A stretch of 59,193 nucleotides of DNA from Chloroflexota bacterium (GTDB lineage Bacteria; Chloroflexota; Limnocylindria; Limnocylindrales; CSP1-4): NCBI GenBank assembly GCA_040007635.1, contig JBDTUR010000002.1, positions 1-59,193 of the forward strand, read 5' to 3'. Positions 7,833 to 16,944 of this stretch are shown in pieces (within the stretch, counting starts at the first letter, position 1; every line of letters begins with the position of its first letter). Below the pieces are notes generated by a model. That model saw only the letters and a list, made by a program, of their open reading frames with translations, was not told where the DNA came from and did not search any database. A program made the translations under genes and the position numbers.

Positions 7833-9752
7833 ATGAGCGAACAGGTAGGACGCTACGGCTGGGCTTCAGATTTCTCCAAGTTCCAGCAAACGCCGTCGGT
7901 CGTCGTTCGTGGGTCGCTGAGCGAGTTCGTTCGCGATGCATCTGTGGAGCAAGTGCGGGCTTGGGACGAGTCAATTCCACCGCTCCAGCGCGAAGTGCGC
8001 GAGGTCATCGCACACTACGCAGCAGCATCGGACTATTACGCCCTACTTGAGTACGAGCTACCGCTCGAGTCCCGGCGACCCGACGTGGTGTTCCTCTCAT
8101 CCGGGTCGGTTTTCGTCCTCGAGCTGAAAGGCACCTCGAAGCCGACGCTCGCGGCGCTGGACCAGGCGTCGGCCTACGCGCGCGACCTGCGCGCCTACCA
8201 CGCCGTGTGCCAGGACCGGCCCGTGCATCCAATCCTCGTGCTAACCCATGCGGCAGGCCGTCTCGGAAAGGACGCCGAGGTTGAAGTCACTGGCATCGAC
8301 GCGGTCGACGAGGTAGTAGAGGCCCTGGACACGCCGGACCCTGAACACCCCATCGACTTACAGGACTTCCTCGCGCCAGAGGCATACGCTCCCCTACCAA
8401 CGATCGTTGAAGCGGCCCGCGAGCTCTTCCAAAGCCGTCAATTGCGCCGGATCTGGCGGGCAGCGGTCGCGACCGAGCCCGCACTAGATGCGATTACGGC
8501 AATCACGCACGAGGCTGCCCAGACCAATTCGCGTCGGCTGGTGATCCTCACCGGGGTTCCCGGCGCAGGCAAGACACTCGTCGGCCTGCAGGTCGCGCAT
8601 GCCCGGTTTCTTGACGACCTGGCCGTTGACCGCGGTGACGGCCGACTTCATCCGCCGGCGGTCTACCTATCCGGAAACGGTCCGCTCGTGGAGGTCCTTC
8701 AGTACGAGTTCCGCGGATCGGGCGGCGGGGGCAAAGCGTTCGTCCGCGACGTGAAGGCCTATGTCGAGCGCTACACCCAGAACCCGCGTCTAGTCCCAGA
8801 TGAACACGTGCTTATCTACGACGAGGCGCAACGCGCCTGGGATGCCGAACGGGTTGCCGACAAGCACGGCAGCCGCGGCGACGGCCGGTCGGAGCCCGAG
8901 CACTTCATTGAGTTTGCCGAGCGAATCCCGGGCTGGTGCGTGGTGCTCGCCCTGGTCGGCCAGGGCCAGGAGATCCACATCGGCGAGGAAGCAGGTCTCG
9001 GCCAATGGCGATTGGCGATAGAACGTGCCAGGGGCGACTGGTCGGTCCACGCTCCGTCTCGTGTAGCGGACGCCTTCAGCGGTCTGTCGTCCGTCGCGAT
9101 TTCGGACGATCTCCACCTCCACACGGAGATCCGGTTCCACCTAGCACACCAAGTCGACGCCTTTGTCGAGGCTCTACTCAGAGACAAAGAGGATCCTCAG
9201 ATCGCTGAGCTGGCTCAGATGCTGGAGCGGAATGGCTACCACCTGCGCATCACCCGCGATCTCGAAGTGGCCAAGGCACACATGCGGGAGCGGTATAGCG
9301 GCGACCCGGAGGCGCGGTTCGGCATCCTCGTCTCAGCTCGCGACAAGGAGCTTGCACCGTTTGGGGTCATCGCATCCTCTGGTCGATTTTCACGGTTCGC
9401 CTACGGCCCCTGGTATGTCGAGGGTGACGACGACCCGCTCGGGCGGTCTTGTCGAGCCCTTCGTGAACCGGTAACCGAGTTCGGAGCTCAAGGTCTCGAG
9501 CTCGACAGTGCCCTTCTCGCATGGGGAACAGACTTCATCCGCGACGGCGGCCGATGGTCCAACCAGCTCGCCAAGCGATACCAGAATCCCAAGCGGATCC
9601 GCGATGCCTTCCAGCTGCGCAGGAACGCCTATCGCGTGCTCCTAACCCGCGGCCGTGACGGAACGGTCGTATTCATGCCTCCTTTGCCAGTCCTGGACGA
9701 GACGTACGCATACCTACTAAATGCCGGATTCCGAGCGATCGACCGCGAATGA
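7833..9752 (+). CDS. DUF2075-type protein: an N-terminal PD-(D/E)XK-like nuclease motif plus a P-loop (Schlafen-helicase-like) ATPase
   Basis: The ATG at 7833 is preceded by GAGGAGGG. RRPDVVFLSSGSVFVLELKG gives a D...ELK nuclease motif. VILTGVPGAGKTLVG is Walker A and VLIYDEAQRAWD is Walker B. The DUF2075-like C-terminus reads NAYRVLLTRGRDGTVVF. Confidence 0.8.
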   Translation: MSEQVGRYGWASDFSKFQQTPSVVVRGSLSEFVRDASVEQVRAWDESIPPLQREVREVIAHYAAASDYYALLEYELPLESRRPDVVFLSSGSVFVLELKGTSKPTLAALDQASAYARDLRAYHAVCQDRPVHPILVLTHAAGRLGKDAEVEVTGIDAVDEVVEALDTPDPEHPIDLQDFLAPEAYAPLPTIVEAARELFQSRQLRRIWRAAVATEPALDAITAITHEAAQTNSRRLVILTGVPGAGKTLVGLQVAHARFLDDLAVDRGDGRLHPPAVYLSGNGPLVEVLQYEFRGSGGGGKAFVRDVKAYVERYTQNPRLVPDEHVLIYDEAQRAWDAERVADKHGSRGDGRSEPEHFIEFAERIPGWCVVLALVGQGQEIHIGEEAGLGQWRLAIERARGDWSVHAPSRVADAFSGLSSVAISDDLHLHTEIRFHLAHQVDAFVEALLRDKEDPQIAELAQMLERNGYHLRITRDLEVAKAHMRERYSGDPEARFGILVSARDKELAPFGVIASSGRFSRFAYGPWYVEGDDDPLGRSCRALREPVTEFGAQGLELDSALLAWGTDFIRDGGRWSNQLAKRYQNPKRIRDAFQLRRNAYRVLLTRGRDGTVVFMPPLPVLDETYAYLLNAGFRAIDRE

Positions 9753-10993
9753 CCACCTCTGCGTTCGCCTGGCTTGACTACTCGGACGCCGAGCGGCGGC
9801 GCATGTTCGAGGTTATCGACCTCTTCCGCGAGAAGGGCACCGTCGACGACCTGGGCATCGGCTCCATACGAGACACGTTCGCCGATCGCTTCTTCCCGGC
9901 GATCAGCACGATCCAATCGCGGGGCCGCTACTTCCTCTTCATTCCGTGGCTCTACCAAATGCTGGAACGTGACCGCATTCCGAGCGCACGCGCCAACCAC
10001 CACGCTCGGTGGCTTCAGGCCGGGCTCGTGGAGAGCCTCAAGGCTGGCGGAGAAGCGGAGGCCGCGGGCGTAATCGGAATCTCGTCAGGCGCCAACCTTC
10101 AGAGGCCCCCGAGCATCGCCTACTGGGCCGGTCTGCGTCGCCTCGGCATCCTCGCCTACCCAGGATCGGCTGATCGTTATCACTCGTCGCTCGACGCCCA
10201 CTATCGAGAGAGCCGGCCAGTCCGCTCTGATGGAGAGGAGCTCGTCGAGAGAGCCAAGCACAACTGGAACCCGAGTCTCCCCCCGCCCCCAGACGATCTG
10301 CTGACTTCAGCGACCATGCGCCTGCGACTCGAGGACGCCGAGTTCCTGGCTGAACAGATCCGGCTCAATGCCGGTGACTCCATGCTCGCCGCATGCCTGT
10401 CGCCCAGTGTCCGTCGGGTGAAGACTGCGCCAATGATCTGGGACCTGGGTGGACTTGACACGCTTGACCCCGAGCTCCAGCTGGACATCGAGAACGCGAG
10501 ATGCTTTGCCCTCGTTATGGAGGGGGCCGCCCTCACGTACAACCTGATGCTCGCCGATGCTGTCGAGGCATCTGGCGTCCGAGTCGACGACGCACTCAGT
10601 TCCAGGTACCGCGCCATGCTCGCTCCCTGGTCCGACGAGATGACGGCCAACCATGCCCAACTGAAGGCGTGGGACCGACCTGAAATGTGGGGACGCCTTC
10701 TCACAAGGAATCGTCGGCTCCCATCAGGCGCGCAGGCTTTCTCGGAGCATTGGATCACCGCGGCGATCTCCGGACCGCACAAGGTCATCGACAACCCGAC
10801 GATGCGTCAGGTCATCACCAACCGGGAGCGTCGGATGAAAGGCGGACTTGCCAGGCTGAGCAACCCCCGCGCTCTGGAGCGCTGGGGCGGCGACTCCGGC
10901 CTCGGCCGGCTCAGCTACCGATGGCAGCCCGTTGGACGACAGACGGTCATGGACATCCTCGCCGGCCTCGCTCGGCCACCTGCGGACGACTGA
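9749..10993 (+). CDS. Uncharacterised 414-aa protein, second gene of the four-gene operon (possibly the ZacA-like/DUF6361-like component; unverified)
   Basis: ATGA overlap with the DUF2075 gene stop. The N-terminus reads WLDYSDAERRRMFEVIDLFREKGTVDDLGIGSIRDTFADRFFPAISTIQSRGRYFLFIPW. I recognise no catalytic motif. Confidence 0.7.
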   Translation: MTTSAFAWLDYSDAERRRMFEVIDLFREKGTVDDLGIGSIRDTFADRFFPAISTIQSRGRYFLFIPWLYQMLERDRIPSARANHHARWLQAGLVESLKAGGEAEAAGVIGISSGANLQRPPSIAYWAGLRRLGILAYPGSADRYHSSLDAHYRESRPVRSDGEELVERAKHNWNPSLPPPPDDLLTSATMRLRLEDAEFLAEQIRLNAGDSMLAACLSPSVRRVKTAPMIWDLGGLDTLDPELQLDIENARCFALVMEGAALTYNLMLADAVEASGVRVDDALSSRYRAMLAPWSDEMTANHAQLKAWDRPEMWGRLLTRNRRLPSGAQAFSEHWITAAISGPHKVIDNPTMRQVITNRERRMKGGLARLSNPRALERWGGDSGLGRLSYRWQPVGRQTVMDILAGLARPPADD

Positions 10994-10995
10994 CC

Positions 10996-12888
10996 ATGCT
11001 GGATCCGGATGGCCGCCACCTCCTACTCGACGCCCTTCGGCCACCGCCGGGCTACGAGCTGGACGTGGCTGTCGGCACGACTTACACCCTCGACCTCTAC
11101 TCGCTGCTGACCGCGCCTGTCGCGTTCGCGATGTTCGACCGAGAGGCCGAGGATGGGTCGTCGCGGGTTGATCCGATCGCAGCACTCCAGGCACTCCGCC
11201 GCTACGCGGGCCGCATCACTTTGTTCTGCGATACAGCGGGCGTTTCAGTTCCGCGCGACTACCGAGCTCTCCTTGTCTATCTCGAGCAGAGCGTCGTGCC
11301 GGTCAGACCGCCAAACCCGCAAGCGATCTTCCATCCCAAGGTCTGGTTCATTCGATACCGACAGCCAAACGCCGAAACGACCACGTATCGGCTCCTCTGC
11401 ATGAGCCGCAACCTCACCTTCGATCGCTCGTGGGACACCATCCTGCGACTCGAAGGCACGATTTCGGACACCGCTCACCATCCGGAGCTGCGCGAGTTCG
11501 CGGCGGCACTCCCCGGGCTAGCCGACCCTGTCAAGCCCATCTCCGCCGAGCGCCGAGCCGCAATCCTGGAGCTGGCTGCGGAACTGGAGCGCGTCGCATG
11601 GCAGGCCCCAGATGGGATGGCGATCGAGAGGTTCTGGCCAATCGGCCACGACGGTCGCGCCGCGTGGCCTTTCCAGGGGCGATCGGATCGCTACTTCGTG
11701 GCATCTCCGTTCGTGACGCAGGGTGCTCTGACCCGGCTGGCCGGCAAAGTACGGGGATCCGTCCTGTTGTCCCGGCCCGAGACCTTCGACCAGCTTGGCG
11801 GCAAAGCCACTAACTTTCTACGTGAGCGGTTGGTGCTCAGCGCGGATGTGCGCGAGACAACGCTTGACCAGGAGGTGGCTTCCGATGCCGACGCCGGCCA
11901 CCCTACCTCCGACTCGGAGGCGCCAGGACTGGTCCTTGAGGGTCTGCACGCCAAGCTCGTCGTTGCGGATGTTCCATACGGCGGCCGGGTCTGGACTGGA
12001 TCGGCCAATCTGACCGATGCCGCCTTTGGCGGAAACGTCGAATTCGTGACGGAGCTGCGCGGACCGAAGAAGGTGTGCGGCGTCGACGCCGTGATTGGCG
12101 ACCAGAAGCAGCGTATGGGCCTGCGGAAACTGGTTGAGCCGTACACACCGGCGAGCGACGAAGGGCGCGATCTGACGGACGTTGAGCAGGCGGAGCGACG
12201 GCTTGACGCAGCGCGCCGGATGCTGGGTCGCCTGCGATACACGGCCACCTGCCACAAGGACGAGGCGGGCAGATTTGAGCTCGAGCTGACGGGAGTTCCA
12301 CCAGAGAACGGTCCGTTCCAACCAGCTGGCTTGGACGGGCTGGTGTCCACGATTCGCCCAGTGACGCTTGGCGACGCTGTGGCGACCGTGATCGATGTCC
12401 AGCCCACAGGTCTCACGGTTCGCTTTGGCGTTTCATACGAGGCAATCACGCCGTTCTTTGCCGTCCGCATACGACCTGTTGAGGCGGTAATCCCACTGGA
12501 CACGAGCTTCCTCATCAACGCGGAGCTTGTTGGCGCACCGGAGGATCGTGCCGAGAACGTGATGGTCGGGCTGCTCAGAAACCGGGCCGACCTGATCAGG
12601 TTCCTGCTCCTGCTGCTCGGCAACGTCGACGATGCAATGGCGGCGATCGCCAGCGACGAGCCGTCCACTTGGGACGGCGGCGGATCCTGGGGTTCAGGCG
12701 CTGCATCGGAGGCTCTGCTCGAGCCACTCGTGCGTGCGTATTCGCGCGACCGCACACGGCTTCACGAGATCCGTAGCGTCATGGAGGAGCTGGCCAAGAC
12801 GGAGACGGGCCGCGAGATCCTCCCGGACGGCTGGGACGCGGTCTGGTTACCGATCCAGGCAGCCCTCGAGTCGGAGCCTCGCCCGTGA
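10996..12888 (+). CDS. Phospholipase D (HKD) superfamily protein, putative nuclease
   Basis: The ATG at 10996 lies 2 nt after the previous stop (MLDPDGRHLLLDALRPPPGYELDVAVGTTYTLDL). It has two HKD-type motifs: IFHPKVWFIRY and GLHAKLVVAD...GSANLTDAAF. The track ORF start at 10687 overlaps the previous gene and was rejected. Confidence 0.82.
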   Translation: MLDPDGRHLLLDALRPPPGYELDVAVGTTYTLDLYSLLTAPVAFAMFDREAEDGSSRVDPIAALQALRRYAGRITLFCDTAGVSVPRDYRALLVYLEQSVVPVRPPNPQAIFHPKVWFIRYRQPNAETTTYRLLCMSRNLTFDRSWDTILRLEGTISDTAHHPELREFAAALPGLADPVKPISAERRAAILELAAELERVAWQAPDGMAIERFWPIGHDGRAAWPFQGRSDRYFVASPFVTQGALTRLAGKVRGSVLLSRPETFDQLGGKATNFLRERLVLSADVRETTLDQEVASDADAGHPTSDSEAPGLVLEGLHAKLVVADVPYGGRVWTGSANLTDAAFGGNVEFVTELRGPKKVCGVDAVIGDQKQRMGLRKLVEPYTPASDEGRDLTDVEQAERRLDAARRMLGRLRYTATCHKDEAGRFELELTGVPPENGPFQPAGLDGLVSTIRPVTLGDAVATVIDVQPTGLTVRFGVSYEAITPFFAVRIRPVEAVIPLDTSFLINAELVGAPEDRAENVMVGLLRNRADLIRFLLLLLGNVDDAMAAIASDEPSTWDGGGSWGSGAASEALLEPLVRAYSRDRTRLHEIRSVMEELAKTETGREILPDGWDAVWLPIQAALESEPRP

Positions 12889-15800
12889 CAGCAGTTGAGA
12901 TCGACGGCACGGAGATCGTCGCCGATGTGATGGCGGGCCTCAAGGGCTTCCAGCGCAAGACCGTCGATCACGTGTTCCGCCGGATGTTCGAGAGCCATGA
13001 GCCGTCGACGCGCTTCCTAGTCGCCGACGAAGTGGGCCTGGGCAAGACCCTTGTGGCCAGAGGCCTTATCGCCAAGACCATTGAATGGCACCAGAAGCGC
13101 AAGACGAAGCGCATTGACGTTATCTACATCTGCTCCAACGCGGACATTGCGCGCCAGAACATCCGGCGCCTCAACGTCACGGACCAGTCGGACTTCTCCC
13201 TGGCTACGCGGATCACGCTGCTTCCTCTGCAGCTCCAGCAACTGAACGACAACGGCCTGAACTTCATCTCGTTCACCCCGGGGACCAGCTTCAACATGGC
13301 CTCCCGAGGCGGTATTGCTCAAGAGCGGGCCGTCATCTTCCACCTTCTGAAAAAGGCGCTCGGGCCCGATGCCGTCGACCACGACGGCACCTACCGACTG
13401 CTGAAGGGCGGCAAGGGTGAGCAGGGCTTCCGCAATCAAGTCGCCTGGGTCGGTACTCAGCCGCTGGACAAGGGACTGACCAAGGCATTCGTCACGGAGT
13501 TCCGCGCCCGCCCGGAGCTGCGAAAGCGGGTTCGTCAAACGATACGGAAGCTTCGCGAGTCCGAAGCGGCCGTCGACTGGAACACGAAATGGAACGTCAT
13601 CAGCGAACTGCGCCAGACGCTGGCGAAGAGCTGCGTGGAGGCCCTCGAGCCTGATCTTGTGATCCTCGACGAGTTCCAGCGCTTCAAGGATCTGCTCGAC
13701 GAGCCAAACCCGGACGATTCGGACGATATCCGCGCTCTGGCCCATCACCTGTTCGCCCAGAAGGACGTGCGCATTCTTCTGCTTTCGGCGACGCCGTACA
13801 AGATGTACACGTTGTCGGACGAGCCGGGCGACGACCACTACGCCGACTTCCTCCAGACGTGCCGTTTCCTGATGTCGAAGGAGGACGCCACCGAGTTCAC
13901 CGGCGAGCTGCGCGACTTTCGACGAGCGCTGTTCAACTTCGAGACGGTCGGCGAAGAAGGCCTTCTGCGCCGTAAGCGCTCCGTGGAACGACGACTGCGC
14001 CACGTCATGGTCCGCACGGAGCGGCTCGCTGTGACCGAGGACCGCAGCGGCATGCTGGCAGACCGCAAGCTCACTGCCCGACTCGAGCCGAATGACGTCC
14101 GCAACTTCGCGATGGTGGACCGACTCAGCCGGGCGCTCTCCGCTGGCGATCCGACCGACTACTGGAAGTCTGCGCCGTACCTGCTCAACTTCATGGAGGG
14201 CTACCAGCTCAAGCGCAACCTGAAAGCAGCCCTCGCGACGGGGGACGGAGTTGATTTGGCCGCCGCCATCGACCCCGATCTGCTCATCCCTGCCGGTCGG
14301 CTGGGGCGATACGGAGCGTTGGACCCGGGAAACGCACGGCTTAGGGGGGTCGCCGACGATCTGCTCGACTCGGAGTCATGGCGACTGCTCTGGATGCCGC
14401 CGTCTCTGCCGTACTACGAGCCTGGCGGTCCGTTCGCACACCCACAGGCAGCATCTCTGACCAAGCGACTGATTTTCTCGAGCTGGGCGATGGTTCCTCC
14501 CGCCATATCTGCGGTGCTGAGTTACGACGCAGAACGGCAGATGATGCGCAGTCGCGACCGCCAGGCAAGAAACAATGCAGCGGCGCGGCGCCGGATCCGT
14601 GGTCTGCTGGCGCTCAACCGCGCGGAAGGCGAGCCCGCAGGAATGTCGACGTTCGCGTTGCTGTACCCGAGCCCTTCCCTCGCCGAGCTCGGCGACCCAC
14701 TGGCTATCGCTCGCGACCTCGGCGCCGCGGACGGGCCGGTTTCACGTGATGCGCTTTCAGCAGAAGTAAAGCGGCGGATCGAAAAGGCACTCTCTCCTCT
14801 CGTCAAGCGGGCTCCGCAGGAAGGCCCGGAGGACGAACGCTGGTACTGGGCGGCCGCGCTCCTGCTGGATCGGAAACGCGACAGCGACTCAACCGAGAGG
14901 TGGCTGACGCAATCCACCGCCTTCAGGGGTCTTTCTCATGGCGCGTCGACCGAAGAAGGCGAAGATAGTTCGGGTTGGCTGACTCACGTCGACCGGGCTA
15001 TCAGCGCCGTACGGGAGGAACTCGACCTCAGTCGCGTGCCCGCCGACCTTGCCAGCGCGCTGACAGCGCTTGCGATCGCCGGGCCAGGAGTGTGCGGCCT
15101 GCGAACGACCGCTCGAGTGCTCGCGCGCGTCCGAGCACAACGCATTGACTATCGAGCGGCCGAGTCACGCGACGCCGGCGCGCGGATCGCGTGGGGGCTG
15201 CGCTCGCTGTTCAACGTGCCTGAAGTGATGTCCCTCGTCCGCGGGCCGGTCGGAGATGAGTCTGTGTACTGGCGGGCAGTGCTCGACTACTCGATCGATG
15301 GAAATATCCAGGCGATGCTGGACGAATACGGCCACGTTCTGCCGGAGTGGCTGGGCCTCTTGGACCGCGACTCGCACGCGATTGCCCAGGCAATGAGCGA
15401 GGCCATTACAGAGACGGCATCTGTCCGGGCGGTCAACTACGGTGCAGACGACGTCCGGATCAACGACGGCAAGATCTCGCTGTCGCCAATGCGCTTGCGA
15501 GTCCGATTCGCGATGCGCTTCGGTGCCGACCAGAGCGATGAGGAGAAGGTCCTCCAACGTTCGGGCGCCGTGCGAGCCGCCTTCAACTCTCCCTTCTGGC
15601 CGTTTGTGCTGACGTCGACTTCAGTTGGACAGGAAGGTCTCGACTTTCACCAGTACTGCCACGCCGTCGTCCACTGGAACCTGCCCTCCAATCCGGTCGA
15701 CCTGGAGCAGCGCGAGGGCCGCGTCCACCGCTACAAGGGCCACGCCATCCGCAAGAACGTGGCGACTCGTCACCGGTCAATGGCGTTCGGCCGCCGCGTG

Positions 15801-16100
15801 ACTGATCCGTGGACAGCGATGTTCACCGAGGCGAGCCGCGGCGTCGCCCGACGCGACCACAAGGACATTGAGCCCTTCTGGGTCTACGACGGACCCGCGC
15901 AAATCGAGCGTCTCGTACCGCTCATCCCGCTCAGCCGCGAGGTCGAGCGATTGGAACGCCTCAAGCGATCATTGGCCGTCTACCGGATGGTTTTCGGGCA
16001 ACCCCGGCAGGAGGACCTGATCGCCTTCCTCGGAAACAAGCTCACCCCAGCGGAGTTGACGGAGCTGAGCCAGGTGTTGCGAATCAATCTGGCGCCGTAG
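12885..16100 (+). CDS. SF2 (SNF2/DEAD-like) helicase, 1071 aa
   Basis: GTGA overlap with the PLD gene. Motifs: VADEVGLGKTLVA (I), LVILDEFQRF (II), LLLSATPYK (III), STSVGQEGLDFH (V), LEQREGRVHRYKGH (VI). Confidence 0.85.
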   Translation: MTAVEIDGTEIVADVMAGLKGFQRKTVDHVFRRMFESHEPSTRFLVADEVGLGKTLVARGLIAKTIEWHQKRKTKRIDVIYICSNADIARQNIRRLNVTDQSDFSLATRITLLPLQLQQLNDNGLNFISFTPGTSFNMASRGGIAQERAVIFHLLKKALGPDAVDHDGTYRLLKGGKGEQGFRNQVAWVGTQPLDKGLTKAFVTEFRARPELRKRVRQTIRKLRESEAAVDWNTKWNVISELRQTLAKSCVEALEPDLVILDEFQRFKDLLDEPNPDDSDDIRALAHHLFAQKDVRILLLSATPYKMYTLSDEPGDDHYADFLQTCRFLMSKEDATEFTGELRDFRRALFNFETVGEEGLLRRKRSVERRLRHVMVRTERLAVTEDRSGMLADRKLTARLEPNDVRNFAMVDRLSRALSAGDPTDYWKSAPYLLNFMEGYQLKRNLKAALATGDGVDLAAAIDPDLLIPAGRLGRYGALDPGNARLRGVADDLLDSESWRLLWMPPSLPYYEPGGPFAHPQAASLTKRLIFSSWAMVPPAISAVLSYDAERQMMRSRDRQARNNAAARRRIRGLLALNRAEGEPAGMSTFALLYPSPSLAELGDPLAIARDLGAADGPVSRDALSAEVKRRIEKALSPLVKRAPQEGPEDERWYWAAALLLDRKRDSDSTERWLTQSTAFRGLSHGASTEEGEDSSGWLTHVDRAISAVREELDLSRVPADLASALTALAIAGPGVCGLRTTARVLARVRAQRIDYRAAESRDAGARIAWGLRSLFNVPEVMSLVRGPVGDESVYWRAVLDYSIDGNIQAMLDEYGHVLPEWLGLLDRDSHAIAQAMSEAITETASVRAVNYGADDVRINDGKISLSPMRLRVRFAMRFGADQSDEEKVLQRSGAVRAAFNSPFWPFVLTSTSVGQEGLDFHQYCHAVVHWNLPSNPVDLEQREGRVHRYKGHAIRKNVATRHRSMAFGRRVTDPWTAMFTEASRGVARRDHKDIEPFWVYDGPAQIERLVPLIPLSREVERLERLKRSLAVYRMVFGQPRQEDLIAFLGNKLTPAELTELSQVLRINLAP

Positions 16101-16161
16101 GCTCGTGAGCGGCGTCGACGTGAGGCAGGCAACCATAACGGCGTCCCTGTCCGTGGTCGTC

Positions 16162-16944
16162 CTACGAGGCCGGGAGGGGCTTGAGCAACTCGCGATCGAT
16201 CAAGGCACGGAAATGACCGGACACACTCAACGCTAGGGCACGGTCACGCACGACCAGGCCCAGCTCGATGTTGCGGTCCAGGGCGGCCGCAGTCAGGTTG
16301 GCAGACGTGATGTACACGGACTCATCGTCGGTCACGACCGCCTTCGCATGTAGCACCCCTGCTGGACCGTCCAGCTCGATCGATCGCGGGTCGTAGTAGA
16401 CCAACGGCCGGGATGTTCCGGGCCAGTCGCTGCCCCAGAAGCGGTCGGCGAAGCGGCGCACCAAATCATGGGCTGCTGTGGTGTCTCCCCACCGCCGCTG
16501 GATGTTCAGGAAGAGTGTCGCCTGGAGCTTGGGCACCGCATCCATGCGCCGCGACAGAACCTCAAAGGCTTTCGGGCCATCGAAGTAGGCAAAGCTCGAG
16601 ACCCATACCGAGCGCTCGGCCGAGCTGAGGAGTTCCTCGTACACCTGACGCGTATCCCTTGCCTGGACGCCTGGGACGTCGGGACCGGACCACACGAGGT
16701 CGGGCCGTGGGGTCCGAGAGGCGACTTGGTCGACGCTGTGTATCCAGGCCGCAATTGCCCGGTCGGTGAGCTCGAGTCGTCGCAGATCCAAAAGCGCAGA
16801 CGCCAGCTCATCGCCTCCCTCATCGATTCCGATTGCCGAGCGCAAGGAGGCGAGCGAAGCAGGGACGGTCAACTGGCCGGCCGACAGAGCATCCACAAGC
16901 CTGCGACGCAAGTGCGCCGGCATTGCGAAAAGCGCGTCGGTCAC
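16162..16944 (-). CDS. drmC: DISARM DrmC, PLD-family nuclease
   Basis: HKD motif VLHAKAVVTDDESVYITSANLTAAAL. It has a 4-nt overlap with drmB and is the last gene of the drm operon. Confidence 0.85.
   Translation of the reverse strand: MTDALFAMPAHLRRRLVDALSAGQLTVPASLASLRSAIGIDEGGDELASALLDLRRLELTDRAIAAWIHSVDQVASRTPRPDLVWSGPDVPGVQARDTRQVYEELLSSAERSVWVSSFAYFDGPKAFEVLSRRMDAVPKLQATLFLNIQRRWGDTTAAHDLVRRFADRFWGSDWPGTSRPLVYYDPRSIELDGPAGVLHAKAVVTDDESVYITSANLTAAALDRNIELGLVVRDRALALSVSGHFRALIDRELLKPLPAS

Noticed and set aside
10687-10995. N-terminal 103-aa extension of the PLD ORF as given in the ORF track
   Set aside because: It completely overlaps the 3' end of the preceding 414-aa gene in another frame. 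The ATG at 10996, 2 nt after that gene's stop, gives a sensible N-terminus.
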